Origin: Eledone cirrhosa | Taxonomy: Eukaryota | DNA: 64,000 bases | Assembly: GCA_964016885.1 (NCBI GenBank) | Contig: OZ024745.1 | Span: forward strand, 80,910,001-80,974,000 | Direction: 5' to 3' | In this document: positions 1 to 12,690 of the stretch, piece by piece | How the letters are laid out: each line of letters starts with the position of its first letter | How positions within the stretch are numbered: position 1 is the first letter of the stretch | Notes under the pieces: generated by a model | Databases searched by the model: none | The model's input: only the letters and a program-made list of their open reading frames with translations | What the model was told of the DNA's origin: nothing | Made by a program: the position numbers and the translations under genes

Positions 1-97
1 ATGACAGTATAGGATATAGCTCAATGTAATTAAACAGAGCCAAAGAATTATAAAAAATAAACCAAAGAAGCCTTCAATACATCAAAAGTCTTTATTA

Positions 98-135
98 GCC
101 AACAATGTTTCGTCCTATTAAGGACTCATCAGGGC
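98..135 (-). ncRNA. Minimal type I hammerhead ribozyme motif (Penelope-like element type)
   Basis: Minus strand reads GCC-CTGATGA-GTCCT-TAAT-AGGAC-GAAA-C-ATT-GTT-GGC. It has the core boxes CUGAUGA and GAAA, a 5-bp stem II, a very short stem III, the NUH triplet GUU and a 3-bp stem I (GCC/GGC). Confidence 0.6.
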
Positions 136-830
136 AAGTAAAGCTACAAGAAGCACTATCGGCCAATACAAGCCTAAAACTCAGAAGAATATGGAGTATA
201 CATCTATTAAAGCTTAGGAAAGATATCAAGGAAAAGTTGTCTAAGATTAAGAGTGAGCAGTTACAAACATAGATATAGACCAAATAGCAAGGAAGTGATT
301 AACATGTTGAACCCACACTGCAAATATTGTATAATGCAAAAACTTGAAACACAAATGGTAATATAATGCGAGTATAATATAATATAATAGATGGTGATAA
401 TAAAAAGCTTAATATATGTATATATATACATATATCTCTATACATTTACACATTAGTACAAATACAAACTAACACTTATTAAGTATTTAAATATATATAT
501 ATATATATATATTGTTTACAGTATAATATAATAAAGATAAAAATAAGAATAAAGATAAAAATAAAAATAAAATATAATATATAATTCCCTGTCAGTGTGC
601 ATAAACAATATAGAAACATTATAATAACATTATAATAACAATATTATAATATATTGGCATCAAAAGATATACAAAATTACATCATACATATAATTCAAGG
701 TTAACAAATAGTATAAAGTTTTACACAGGGTAAGAAAAAATCATATAGAACTAAATTGTGTTGAAAAAATATCTATACCATTGTAACAAATACACGGAGG
801 TCAAGTCATTTTACATTGGCATAAATATTA

Positions 831-833
<3 letters not shown>

Positions 834-923
<90 letters not shown>
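834..923. repeat. (TA)n-(TG)n compound microsatellite
   Basis: Read directly from the sequence. Confidence 0.95.
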
Positions 924-925
<2 letters not shown>

Positions 926-1448
926 TGAAACCTCAATGAGATTATTCCCATGTTCTCAAATAGCTGCATATTGATACACACTGGTCATTAAACTCAGTCA
1001 GTCAAAGTTAGATGCCGATTCCTTTGTTTGAGTTAGCTTGTTGCTGTTTAGATTTACAGCCTTTGTTTAAAAAGAAATTATTAAAGGCCCTCAGTTTAAT
1101 GTTTCTGGGTAACCCATCCTTATAAATACTGCAGAATTTGATCCCAGAAAACACAGTCTGCTTTTTTGCTCAGGCTAGGCAGTTCCAACCTATGTGGTCG
1201 GCTGTTCTGTATATTGGTTATTAGAAAAACAAGGCACATTTGTTGATGTTCAATGATACATTTAATAATAGAGATTCTCTCACACATGTTTCAATACATT
1301 ATGTAAGTGATGGCCAGTGAAATTTGTATTATTATGGAATTCATTATTTCACTATTGTTCTAATGGATTTCATGTGTGAGAGAGTGTTCAGGGAGAAAAA
1401 AAGATATACAAATGTTCAAATATATGAGTGTTCAGGGAGAAAAAAAAA

Positions 1449-3338
1449 TATAAAAGCGAGGATGTGTGTGTCTGTGTACAACTTTGCATGCATAAGGCTT
1501 TCACAATTACCAACTGAATTTGACCAAATTTTCTGTGCACGTTGCACAGGTCGCTAATATTGTCACATCACAAACATTTTTCAAATCGACCCACGTTGAG
1601 CAATACAAAATCCTTATCAAAATTATCGGTCGAAAAATTGATGTAAGGGAGATAACAAACTTTATTGACAATCCTTATAAAAAAGGGAGATAACCTTTTC
1701 ACCAAATATGCACCGTAAAAGAAAGTATGCACATATTGGCTATCGACCGAAGAAAACAATGCGTGTAAATGACGCTCCGCCGATAACCGAAAATAGACAA
1801 TCACTAAATGTGGTGAGTACAGTTATTGCAACATCTTTGTCCGCCGCTGAGTGTCGATTAGTGCGGCAAACCAATAATGCTAAAACAACTGTTGCAGCAC
1901 GAGCTGCAGAGACTACAGTTTTTAAATTGCCCCTTGATTTGGCAAAATTAGAAACTCCTACTTGCCATATCACCAAAGACTCCGAAAGGGCTCATCTGCT
2001 GCGAAGGTGTCACCTTATTGTTTGGGATGAGTGCACAATGGCACACAAAGGTGCTTTTGAGGCACTAGACAGGTCTTTGCAAGACATACGGGATTGCAGT
2101 GATGTTATGGGTGGTGTCACCCTTCTGCTATCAGGAGACTTCAGACAGACTCTTCCTATAATACCGAAAGGAACAAGAGCAGATGCGGTAAATGCATGTC
2201 TTAAGTCTTAACCATTGTGGCGACAAGTGACATCATTAAGACTAACTACCAACATGCGTGCAAGGTTGCATGGGGACCCTCTGTCATCAACATTTTCTGG
2301 AGACATTCTTACAATAGGAGATGGTAACCTACCTCCGGATACAGATGGACACATAGCAATTGATCACATCTGCAATGTAGTTGAAACTGTCGATGATCTC
2401 AAGGCGAGTGTATTCCTGAACTTGCGTGATAACTATACGAATCTTGACTGGCTATTCGAAAGAGCTATTCTTGCACCCAAAAATATCACGGTTAGCTGTA
2501 TTAACGATCAGCTTCTTCAGCTTCTTCCTGGATGTCCACGGAGATATAAATCTATTGATACTGTATGTGACCCACAGGATGCGGTCAATTATCCAGTTGA
2601 ATTTCTAAATTCTTTAAATCCCCCTGGTTTACCTCCTAATACATTGGTTCTGAAAGAGGGAACACCAGTTATTTTGCTGAGAAATATCACTCCTCCAAAA
2701 CTATGCAATGGTACACGCCTTGTGGTTAAAAAAATGTCTCCACTTAATATTGACGCTACCATTCTAACCGGATCAGGCAGTCAAGATAATCTCTTTGCGT
2801 TTGTTCCGAAAAGAAAAACAAAGAATATCGTCTATCCTGAAGTGCTTTAGTTTTAACAAAAAAACTTATTACAGCTCTGCCTTGACTTCACCTTACTCAT
2901 TACAAAACATACAAATGAATATGTCATGCAGGATATTTTGGATTATAAGTATAAGTTAAAAATTTAACCATACACAGCAAAGGATGCTCTCAGAGAATAG
3001 ATTTTCTCTTATTCTACTCTCATTGTTTTTTTGTTTGTATACAACTCTGCTTTCATTACAACTTTTTGTACTTTAGCAAAACTGCCTGTTTTTTTTACAG
3101 ATATGCAACGTGTATTGTCTTTAATCATTTGTATAACTACATCCTGTTCAGTGTTTTCCTTCATTATCAGCATAGTTTTATGCGTACAAAGATTGCACTA
3201 AATATTTGTTTGCATTAATTATTGAAGACTTCTGCTTATTTTGACAGGTTGGGGACAAATAATGTTCTTCTTTTACTTCCTAGCTGTATATTCTTAGCAT
3301 AATTTCAAACCCCGAGCAACGCCGGGTAAATGTGCTAG
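1449..3338 (+). mobile_element. Internally deleted non-autonomous Helitron
   Basis: The 3' end has the GC hairpin CCCGAGCAACGCCGGG (3311-3326), then 8 nt, then CTAG (3335-3338) followed by T. A PIF1 helicase remnant is internal. The 5' part resembles Helitron starts (TATAAAAGCGAGGATGTGTGTG), but the terminal TC is not visible, so the left boundary is approximate. Confidence 0.8.
1915..2850 (+). pseudogene. PIF1-family helicase remnant of Helitron RepHel
   Basis: Motifs LIVWDECTM, LLSGDFRQTLP, LTTNMR, AILAPKN, YPVEFLNSL, LRNITPPKLCNGTRL and TKNIVYPEVL are present. There is an in-frame stop at 2209-2211. Walker A, the Rep domain and motifs V/VI are missing. Confidence 0.85.
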
Positions 3339-3749
3339 TATATATATATAAAAAAAATCATTTCAGCTGTATGGATGTCTTCACTGGGATTATAACTAAA
3401 TCCACAATGAAAAGTTTATTCAATGATTATTTTGAAAATAATCAAGAATTTGAAGGGGTTTATTCATATAACTTACTCCATTATTAATCTGGTAGTTAGA
3501 ACAAAACTCAACAAAGGTACTTACATAAACTTATGATGGAAGGTTTTTAAATAAATATAAACATTTTGAGGCAAATGGTTTTGAATGTTAGAACCAGGAA
3601 CACTTTCATATGGGTTAGAGTCAAAAGGACAGTTCCAGGTGGGTTAGTGTCAAAAAGACAGTTCCAGGTGGGTTAGTGTCAAAAGGGTTAAAAGACTACC
3701 TAAACAGAGTTCCTAATGAATGTTTCCATTTTTTTTTATTTTACAGAAA

Positions 3750-4030
3750 GAATGAAAGCTCAGTTTTTACAGTCTTTTATTACTTGCTTTAGTTCAAGTG
3801 CAGTTGAAAAACTTTTAGACAATCAAATACTGCCAGACAATATAATCTCCAACAATGTTTAGGATGAATCATTAGTTTCTGAACATGTAGATGATGCAGA
3901 TGTAGCATCAAGTATGAATGTTTGTGATGTAAAATATCATAGGATTGATATTTTATGGAATTATTTAGAGCCACAACAGTTTTATTTGTTTGTAACTTCA
4001 CACGAATGCTACCGAAAAAATCTCAGAAAA
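3750..4030 (+). pseudogene. Possible decayed hAT-like transposase C-terminal fragment
   Basis: Translates to ...YHRIDILWNYL... followed by a frameshifted LHTNATEK, loosely like the hAT dimerisation region. Contains an internal stop. Weak resemblance only. Confidence 0.3.
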
Positions 4031-4104
4031 TCTATCTTATATCTAATAAGTAGTGGAGGGTGATGTTGGAGTAATTGCATTTTCTTTGTTATATATACAA
4101 TACT

Positions 4105-4470
4105 GATGAGCTGAATAATCCCCAGGTTTGATGCTGAGTGCTGCATGGCTGGAATGGAAAATAAGTGCTGCAAAAACCGAGACACTCGTCCTGTCAAGGA
4201 AGCTTGCGCAGTACACTCTACATGTGAATAGAGTTCCACTAAGGCAAGTGGAGAAGTTCAAGTATCTTGGGGCCATGTTCACTAGTGCTGGAAAGCAGGA
4301 GGCTGAATGAAGTGCAAGAATTGCAGGAGCTGGTGCAGCTTCAGCATTCAGTAATCAGAAGAAGGGAGGTTGGCGTAAAAGCCAAACTCGCTATTTGTGC
4401 CAGCCCTTATCTATGGTCATGAATCTTGAGTAATGACCGAAAGAATAAAATTGCAAATACAAGTGGCCGA
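4105..4470 (+). mobile_element. RTE-type LINE RT C-terminal fragment
   Basis: KISAAKTETLVLS...LRQVEKFKYLGAMFTSAGK, then a decayed LIYGHESW motif; stops and frameshifts throughout. Confidence 0.7.
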
Positions 4471-5190
4471 AATTTTAATGAAAAAAAAACAAAAAACAAG
4501 TAGCAAATAGAGGTAAATTTACAGAAAGGCACCTCCACCGATCTTAGTGGAAAATAATTTTTTTCTTCCTTTTTTTTCTTTGTATGCTATCAAACTTACC
4601 CCCTAATATGGTGCAAAAGACTTTTCTCTGGAAAAGAGAGGGGATGAGGGGGGATCCTAGGAGTTTTCCCTCCCAAGTTTTCTTCCTATCCATAACCCAA
4701 CCGCAACCCCCAGCTCTAACTCCTGGAAAGGAGGTGAAAAGTCCAAGGGTCCCTCCTCCTTCTTCCTCCATTCTCCAGGAAAAAGTCCTTTGCAGTATGT
4801 TCAGGTGTCAGATTAGTTAGTAGAAGAAGCACCGAATAAAAAAGATTATTTCCTACTGAAATCATAATACCCATATAGAAACAAATGAATAAATAAAGGA
4901 AAAGAAAAGACATTAATAAATATTGATTTCTAATTTAGGAACAAAGCTGCAAATAAATAAAGATCATGAAAACAAAACAGACATAACAGATTTTTCACCA
5001 AGATACTTCTTAGGGACTAGACTTAATTTTATGTCTCATTTATACTTTGTGTAATAATTATTAACCTAGATGTGTGGGACAATTTAACACACAAACTATT
5101 TTCGTTTAGCTGCAGTAAATAAATGTAAGGAAAGCATAAAAGAAAACAAAGAAATTTTAACTGGTTCAACTTGTATGGTGTGAAATAAAT

Positions 5191-5372
5191 AATTGTTTCT
5201 ACTTTAGGCACAAGGCCAGCAATTATCCAGTGCATTACTGGTACTTTATTTTATCCACCCCGTAAGGATGAAAGGCAAAGTCAACCTCGGCGGGATTTGA
5301 ACTCAGATCGTAAAGGGACGTAACTATGCTGGAAAGCATGGCGTCCGACCCTCTACCGATACTGCCAATCCA
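5191..5372 (-). mobile_element. tRNA-derived SINE (family A)
   Basis: Reverse complement of the copy at 25556-25743, with A box TGGCAGTATCGG, B box GAGTTCAAATCC and core CTTTGCCTTTCATCCT. Confidence 0.85.
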
Positions 5373-5789
5373 TAAATAATGATATTGAACATGAAATCAA
5401 AGGAAAATGTTGATAGAATATTTATAAATAGAATTATCAAGGAAGTAAGAAGAAAATCAGCTGATTTCCTGTGATTTTATTTGATTTTATTTCATTGACT
5501 TCATTAGAAGAGATAAGGCAGCACCTATGAATGCTAGACCTAGCTCGAATGCTTGAACAGTTTACTCTATTAAAGACATCCAAAGAATGATTATGGGATT
5601 TGTACCTGGAAAGTTCCCTTCTAAGGCACAAGCATACATACCAGTCTCCCCTCTCCGCGTCACCGATGTTGTTCAAGGGAAAGGCAAAGGTTGATACAGC
5701 TTGGCACCAGTGATGTCACAACTCATATATATACAATATAAATGCTATATGTCTAGGGCGGGTAAAATTCCCGAGATCTCTCCAGCGTT

Positions 5790-6140
5790 CTCTGTCCCTC
5801 ATCTCCAACAGACCAGTGTCCTTAGGGTATCAACATACGTTTACTTTGGTCTTCCTCTTCTAGTGTGTCCATGTAGGGGCTCCCACAGGAGCACTGAGTG
5901 CAATGTCAACTCTGGATGTCGGTGAGCATGTCCAGCTAACCTCAGTCTCCTCTGTGGTCACTTTTGAGCTGACTTTTGGGAGGCTCCCATACAGCTCGGA
6001 GTTTTTTATCCTCAGTGTATACTGATTAATGTTCAGAGCCATCCTCAGCATTCTCGTGTAGCACCCATCCACCATCTGAGTGAGTTTCTTGGTCAGTGTC
6101 CAAGCTCAGACCCGTACAGCAGCACAGACTCCACTACAGC
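5790..6140 (-). mobile_element. LINE RT C-terminal fragment (RTE-like)
   Basis: Minus strand gives VESVLLYGS..WTLTKKL..DGCYTRMLRMALNI and a GRPK-type terminal motif. Confidence 0.7.
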
Positions 6141-6149
6141 AATGATATA

Positions 6150-6330
6150 TGATGTTGTCTGAGAGAAAGGCAAAGGCTGATACATCTTGGTACCAGTGAT
6201 GTTGCAACTTATTTTTTCATTTGGAGCAACATGAAATAATGTATTACTCAAGGACACAACACTCTACCCTGTCCAGGAATTGAACCCACAGCCCCATGAT
6301 TGTAAGCCCAGTGCTAAAAACTATGCACTT
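6150..6330 (-). mobile_element. Second tRNA-derived SINE family (family B), with a partial sister copy at about 5645-5727
   Basis: Shared segment AAGGCAAAGG(T/C)TGATACA.CTTGG.ACCAGTGATGT at about 5680 and 6167. B-box-like GGTTCAATTCC on the minus strand near 6275-6285. Confidence 0.6.
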
Positions 6331-6806
6331 GACGTTAAACTAAATAATGAGTCTGTTACTCAAACACAAAAAAAAAACCTAGAGTTGTTCCTTTGATAGA
6401 TTTCTATAATTTCCTTCTCACCCTTTGTCATCTCTTTTATGAATTTCAGCGATTTAAAATCAGCTCTGAACACTTCTGTCTATGTCTTCCTTGGTTTTCC
6501 TCTGCTGCAGCTTCCTTCGATTAAGATTTCCTGGCACTTTTTCACCCAGGAATCATCATCCATACACATCATAAGTCCATCCTTAGGGTAAAAACTGTGG
6601 AAAAAAACCCAGGGATATGTTCTAATATACTTTATCTATAGTACAGACCACTTCTGAAGTGCTATACTCAATAACCTGAGTCAAATATATATGTATGAAC
6701 CCGCAAATCTTGGTGGAGTCCTAGGGATGCCGTAGCAATGTTTCTCAGGCATTTAAAATCCGGAGGGGACCATATGCTCTCCAGGTTTGAAAACAAAACA
6801 GTCTAT

Positions 6807-6809
<3 letters not shown>

Positions 6810-6875
<66 letters not shown>
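6810..6875. repeat. (GA)n microsatellite
   Basis: Read directly; it explains the ERERER ORF. Confidence 0.95.
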
Positions 6876-6878
<3 letters not shown>

Positions 6879-7790
6879 ACTCAGTATTGGCCTGGTACTT
6901 TTTATCACCTCGAAAGGATAATCAGCAAAGTTGACTCAGCAGGATTTGAACTTATATCATAGAGATCCAGAATGAATATACCAAACCATTCTATGTTGTT
7001 CTAATGACTCTGCCAATTTCCCAACTTCTCTGGTAAAATAACTGGCTTAAATTAACTTTTGTTAGCAAGCTTTCTCTTAATGTCACACACCAACACACAC
7101 TTATGTTAACTGATTCATGTCACACACCTACACCACACTTATGTTGATTGATTCATTAGAAATAAATGAATTAGATATCGCAATAAACTTATTGGTGATA
7201 TTGGGGATTAGTGTAGCAAGTTAATTATGATAATATGACAAAGTAACGGAGTTTAGGAGTGTATGGACTGAAATAAATGTTTGAACAGCTAACAAAGACA
7301 CTGCTTAATATCGTGGAGCATGCAATTATGATGGATCAATAATATGCTCAGGTAATTAATGTTCACATGATGAACTAATTATTACCACATCTATCTGGCC
7401 ATTAAATTCTGAACCACAGAAGGAATTTTATTAACCCTGTATTAATCTCTCCTCGCCATTGCAATGTATTGAGTTATTTTGGTTCCATACCAAGAAAATA
7501 TTGAAAGGGATTAATTAAAATAATTTCAACTTAATGGCAGATTGAAACATGACAATGTTGGTGATTGAGCATTTGAAAAATTTCCAAATACTTTATGTGA
7601 ACAATATGTTTTTCAAATATTTATTTTTATATATATATATAAAAATATATGTATAGGGAGCAGCCGCTGTTAGGGCAAGACGTGTTTTCCTGGGCTCTGC
7701 TAGAGTCAGCAGCAACACACACAACCACGTGTTGCTACACACAAAGGGAAAGAGAAAAAATTATGAGACCAATAGAGATATGTACATTTA

Positions 7791-8164
7791 TATCTAAATA
7801 TTGTTATTATCATTTACAGTCTCTCTGTGTTTAATGTAAAAACATGTTCATTAGTATATGTGTTGTTATTTCTGTTTACATTTTACATACATATATATAT
7901 CAATGCTTGCGTGGACCTCTCTCAAAATTCGTTGGATTTTCTAATTGGATTCTCACCCCGAAACTGGATACCAATCCTGAGTACATCTAAATATTGTTAT
8001 TATCATTTACAGATGTCCCTCTGTGTTTAATGTAAAAACATGTTCATTAGTATGTGTTGTTATTTCTGTTTGCATTTTACATACATATATATATCAATGC
8101 TTACGTGGACCTCTCAAAATTAGTTGGATTTTCACCCCGAAACTGGATACCAACCCTGAGTACA
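7791..8164. repeat. Local tandem duplication of about 190 bp (2 copies)
   Basis: ATCTAAATATTGTTATTATCATTTACAG...CACCCCGAAACTGGATACCAA.CCTGAGTACA occurs twice in tandem with small indels. Confidence 0.9.
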
Positions 8165-8631
8165 CCTGAACTTCCACCAGGAAATCTTTAGTATCATTGA
8201 AATTTTCTTTGCTTCTCTTATATATATATATATTATATATACTTGTCCGCGATTGCAAAAGGCCATAAATTCAAAATTTTGAAGAGAGAGGAAAAGAGAC
8301 AAGTGAACTTTGAACTTGTACATCTCACTGACCCCCACCACCACAATAACAATAACGTCTACACTCGCTCCCCACCATCACCACAGTACTCATTACTCTA
8401 TCTAAGGTGGCTGACCTGTTCCCTGTTCCCTGTTGACATACTGCTGACTCTTTTGATGTATGTATGTGTATATACATATATATATGTGTGTGTATATGTA
8501 TATCTCAGTGGATGCGACCAGATTTCAACACAGCAACAACAACAACAACAACAGCAGTAACACCAACAATAACAACGGCAACAACATCATTGTCTGTGTT
8601 GAATGTGTGTATATGTATGTATTTATATATA

Positions 8632-8750
8632 TTGTTTCTACATTTGGCACAAGGCCAGCAATTACTCAGTACATTACTGGTACTTTATTTTATCGACCCC
8701 GTAAGGATGAAAGGCAAAGTTAACCTCGGCGGGATTTGAACTCAGACTGT
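8632..8750 (-). mobile_element. SINE family A, 5'-truncated, within (AAC)n-rich simple repeats
   Basis: Matches 5191-5307 closely. Confidence 0.8.
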
Positions 8751-9199
8751 AAATATGCGACTGCAATAGCATCAACACCATTGTCTGCAGCAACAGCAGC
8801 AGTGAAATGAAGTAGAAGAACAACAACAACAGCAACAACAACAACAACAGCAACTACAATAACAACTGCAGCACCAACAACTGCCACCACCATCACTGAC
8901 CATCCACCACCACCGCCATTACCAGCGTAAAGCAAACAATTATTATTATTATTATATACAAGCTGAACTGGACTGGGAAAGGTCAACAGTTGACATAATA
9001 TTGATTTTGATTTTGTATTTGTATCAGTACTGCCGGTAATATATATATATATATATATGTGTGTTTGTGAGTGGTGTGTGTGTTTGTCTGCATGAATGAG
9101 TGTTGGTATGTGAGTGGCGTGTGTGTAGTTGTGGTTTGTATGCATGAGTGTTGGTGTGTGTGTATGCGTCGTGTCAATAAGTTTTTTTTATTTTATTTT

Positions 9200-12100
9200 T
9201 TTTATGACCATGCTGTAAAATGGAGGGGTAGAGAGGGCCCTTGAGTCTAGTAAGACATCCTCTCTAGTGCTGGTGGCACAAATAAAAGCACCCTGTCCAT
9301 GCTGTAAATTGGCGCTGGTATTAGGAAGGGCATCCAACCAGTGTATCAATGCCAAAACGCTTATCAGCACAGCAACAAATAGGAACAACAACAAAATATG
9401 AAGACGTCGCACCTCAGAGTTGCAACTCTTAATGTTGGCACTCTCAGAGGTAGATCTGCTGAAATAGCGGAGATGCTGGAGAGAAGGCAGGTGGATGTGT
9501 GCTGCGTGCAAGAGGTGAGATGGAGAGGTGCCTCTGCGAGACTAGTCGTAGGCAAACGTCTTAGCTATAAGCTATTCTGGGTAGGTAAGGATGATGGGTT
9601 AGGGGGGGAGTAGGCATTTTCCTGGCTGAGAAATGGATCAATAAGACAATAGAGGTAGTTCGAGTTAGTAATCGAATAATTAAGCTTAGATTAGTTGTAG
9701 GTAGGAGACTACTGACAATCATCTCGGCCTATGCTCCCCAAGCAGGTCTAGGCAAAGATGAGAAAGACTGCTTTTATGAACAACTTTTGCAAACAACCGC
9801 AATGACAGAGGACGGAGACATCGTTATGCTAGCAGGAAACTTCAATGGTCATGGTTGGACAGCTCCAGGATGGTTACACTGGGGTACATGGTGGGCACGG
9901 TTACGGTTCAAGAAATGAAGAAGGAGTGAGACTTCTTGAATTTTGTGATGCGAGTACATTGACTATTTGCAACACAAACTTCCAGAAACCTGCCAATCAC
10001 CTAATAACCTACAAATCTGGTGAGCACATAAGCCAGATTGACTTCTTACTAGTTAGGCAGCGGGACAGGCAGATAGTGTCTAATACCAAGGCATCCCTGG
10101 GGAAGAATGTACCCCACAGCATAGGTTAGTTGTTAGTGATATCTCAGTAAGCAAGAGATGGAATGAGACATATAGGAAGGTGTGGAGAAGAAAGGTCTGG
10201 AAGCCAAAAGACCTTTCACTAAAATACAAATTTAGGAAAGCCCTTCAAGATGTATATGACGAAAAAGAAGACGATTTAGAGACGTATGACAGATAATAAC
10301 TGGAATTTCTTACGTGACAACTTGCTGCAGGCTACTGATGAAACTTGTGGCTGGAGCAGAGCTCCAACCAGACGGAGAGTGACCTGGTGGTGGAACAGCA
10401 CAGTAGATAAGGCTATTAGAGACAAAAGACTAGCATGGAAGGCTTGGAAAAAGGGTGGGAGTAGGGAAGAATATACAGCCACTAAGAGAGAAGCTAGACG
10501 TCAGGTGTACTTAGCACGCAGCAAGGCAGAGAGTAGGAGGTTTGCCAATGTTCTGTGACGGGAAGATCAGAGGCGTGCGGTGTTCCACATTGCAAGGCAG
10601 TGTGTCAATGCAAATCAGGATGTTGTTGGAGATAAACGTGTCCAGGATGATGCCGGTGTACTTAGTGTCACGAATGATCAGAAAAAGGAGGCCTGGAAAT
10701 GTCATTATGAGAGACTGATGAATGTGGAGAACAAATGGGAGAGAGAGAAATTACCCTTGGTAGATCCGACAGAGGGACCAGATATTGAGATTGACGAATA
10801 TAGGGTCCAAGAGGCGATTAGGGAAATGAAAAATGGTAAGGCTGCCGGACCATCGGGAATAGTTGCTGAGATGCTGAAGGCATCAGGGGACGTAGGCACT
10901 AAACTGGTTACACGCATCATCAATCAGGCTATATATGGTGGTGTCATACCCAAAGACTGGTGCAGCAGTATTCTCATAAATTGTTACAAAGGTAAAGGGG
11001 ATGCTCTGGAGAGGAGCAATTATAGGAGTATAAAACTGATAGATCAGGTTATGAACGTGGCAGAAAGGATTTTAGCACAACTAATTAGAGAAAGGGTCAA
11101 ACTAGATGAGATACAGTTTGGTTTTGTGCCTGGGAAGAGTACAACAGATGCCCTCTTCTTGGTGAGACAATTACAAGAGAGGTTCTTAGAGAAGAATAAG
11201 CCACTATACTTAGCCTTTCCTAGAGAAGGCCTTTGATAGGGTACCCCGATCTGTCATCTGGTGGTCCCTAAGGAAGCTAGGTGTTGAGGAATGGCTTGTG
11301 AGGACAGTGCAAACTTTGTACAGAGGTACTCTCAGTAAAGTCAGGGTAGGAATGGAGTTTAGTGAGGAATTCCAGATACAAGTAGGAGTACATCAGGGTT
11401 CGGTCCTCAGCCTGCTCTTGTTCATTATAGTCCTCCAAGCCATAACAGAGGAGTTTAAGACTGGCTGTCCATGGGAACTTCTCTATGCTGACGATCTGGT
11501 TCTTATAGCAGAATCAGTAGAGGAGCTAGAGAATAAATTCTGGCTATGGAAACAGCAGTTGGAATCAAGAGGACTGAGAATGAATCTAGCTAAGACAAAA
11601 GTGTTGATGAGTAGAAAAGAGGACAAAACCCTGATTCCGTCAGGGAAATGGCCATGTTCGATATGCAGAAAAGGAACTGGCATAAATTCTATAAAATGCA
11701 CACAATGCAGATCCTGGGTACACAAGAGATGTAGCGGGATAGCAGGCAAACTAACAGTAGATGTACAGGGAAATTAGACGGTAGAAGTCGCATTGATAGA
11801 CACATTTTTCAGATGCAGGAGGGCGCTATAGAAGTGGTGGATAGCTTCCGGTACCTAGGAGATCAGATTAGCATGGGAGGAGGGTGTTCCGAGGCCATAG
11901 TATCTAGAATAAGTGACGGGTTGGAAGAAGTTTAGGGAGCTGCTTCCTCTGTTGACGAAGAAGGGTTTCTCCCTGCGTACGAAAGGCCGGTTGTATGATG
12001 CCTGTGTGAGGAGCGCGATGCTGCATCGTAGTGAGACATGGGCAGCAACTGCAGAGGATATGCGACGGCTGGAGAGAAATGAGGCAAGCATGCTCCGTTG

Positions 12101-12470
12101 GATGTGCAGTGTAAATGTGTGTGAACGACCCAGCATAAATGTGTTGAAAGAGAAATTGTCTGAGAGGGATAGAATGTAGTGTACGGGAGAGGAGACTGAG
12201 GTGGTATGGACATGTCATGCGCATGGATGATGACCGATGGGTGAAGAAGTGCCAGGAAATGCCAGTTGAAGGAAGACGTGGTAGAGGTAGACCACGAAAA
12301 ACATGGGCGGAGGTGGTGAGAACAGACCTCAGATCATTGAAGCTCACGGTGGAGATGACGAAGGACCGTGACTAGTGGAGAGATGCTTGTGCTGAATAAG
12401 ACCCGTCCCACCCTTGCAAGCGGGGAAAAGCGGATGTAAAATGATGATGATGATGATGATGATGATGATG
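9200..12470 (+). mobile_element. Decayed near-full-length RTE-clade LINE (APE endonuclease, RT, PHD-like Cys/His finger) with (ATG)n tail
   Basis: Motifs VATLNVGTL, CCVQEVRW, SAYAPQ, SQIDFLL, QFGFVPGKSTTDA, GVHQGSVLS, LLYADDL, CSIC..C..C..WVHKRC and GRGRPRKTW. Many frameshifts and stops. Tail at 12441-12470. Confidence 0.92.
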
Positions 12471-12690
12471 GCACTCAGCAGGACTACCCGAGGACTCAAC
12501 CAGAAGCTCCAGGTGCAACACCAACCAAGTCCTAAGAACCACTTCTTTTCTGCATGTGCGATCAAACCACTGAAACAACCTCAAACAAGAAACAACTGAT
12601 GCATCTTCAGTCAACATTTTAAAGTCAAGGGTCAAGAAAGAGTGGAGCAACCACCCTCTCAAGTTTAACTATCGCTTCTCGTATTGATTC
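12471..12690 (+). mobile_element. CR1/L2-group LINE 3' fragment
   Basis: TRGLNQKL...KNHFFS resembles the CR1 ORF2 C-terminal TRGH..KL...R..FFS motif. Confidence 0.5.

Noticed and set aside
1708-2850. Functional host PIF1 helicase gene
   Set aside because: In-frame stop, missing Walker A and motifs V/VI, no introns, and a Helitron 3' terminus downstream.
8243-9177. Poly-Q, poly-N, poly-T and Val-rich ORFs
   Set aside because: Translations of (AAC)n, (TA)n and (TG)n simple repeats.
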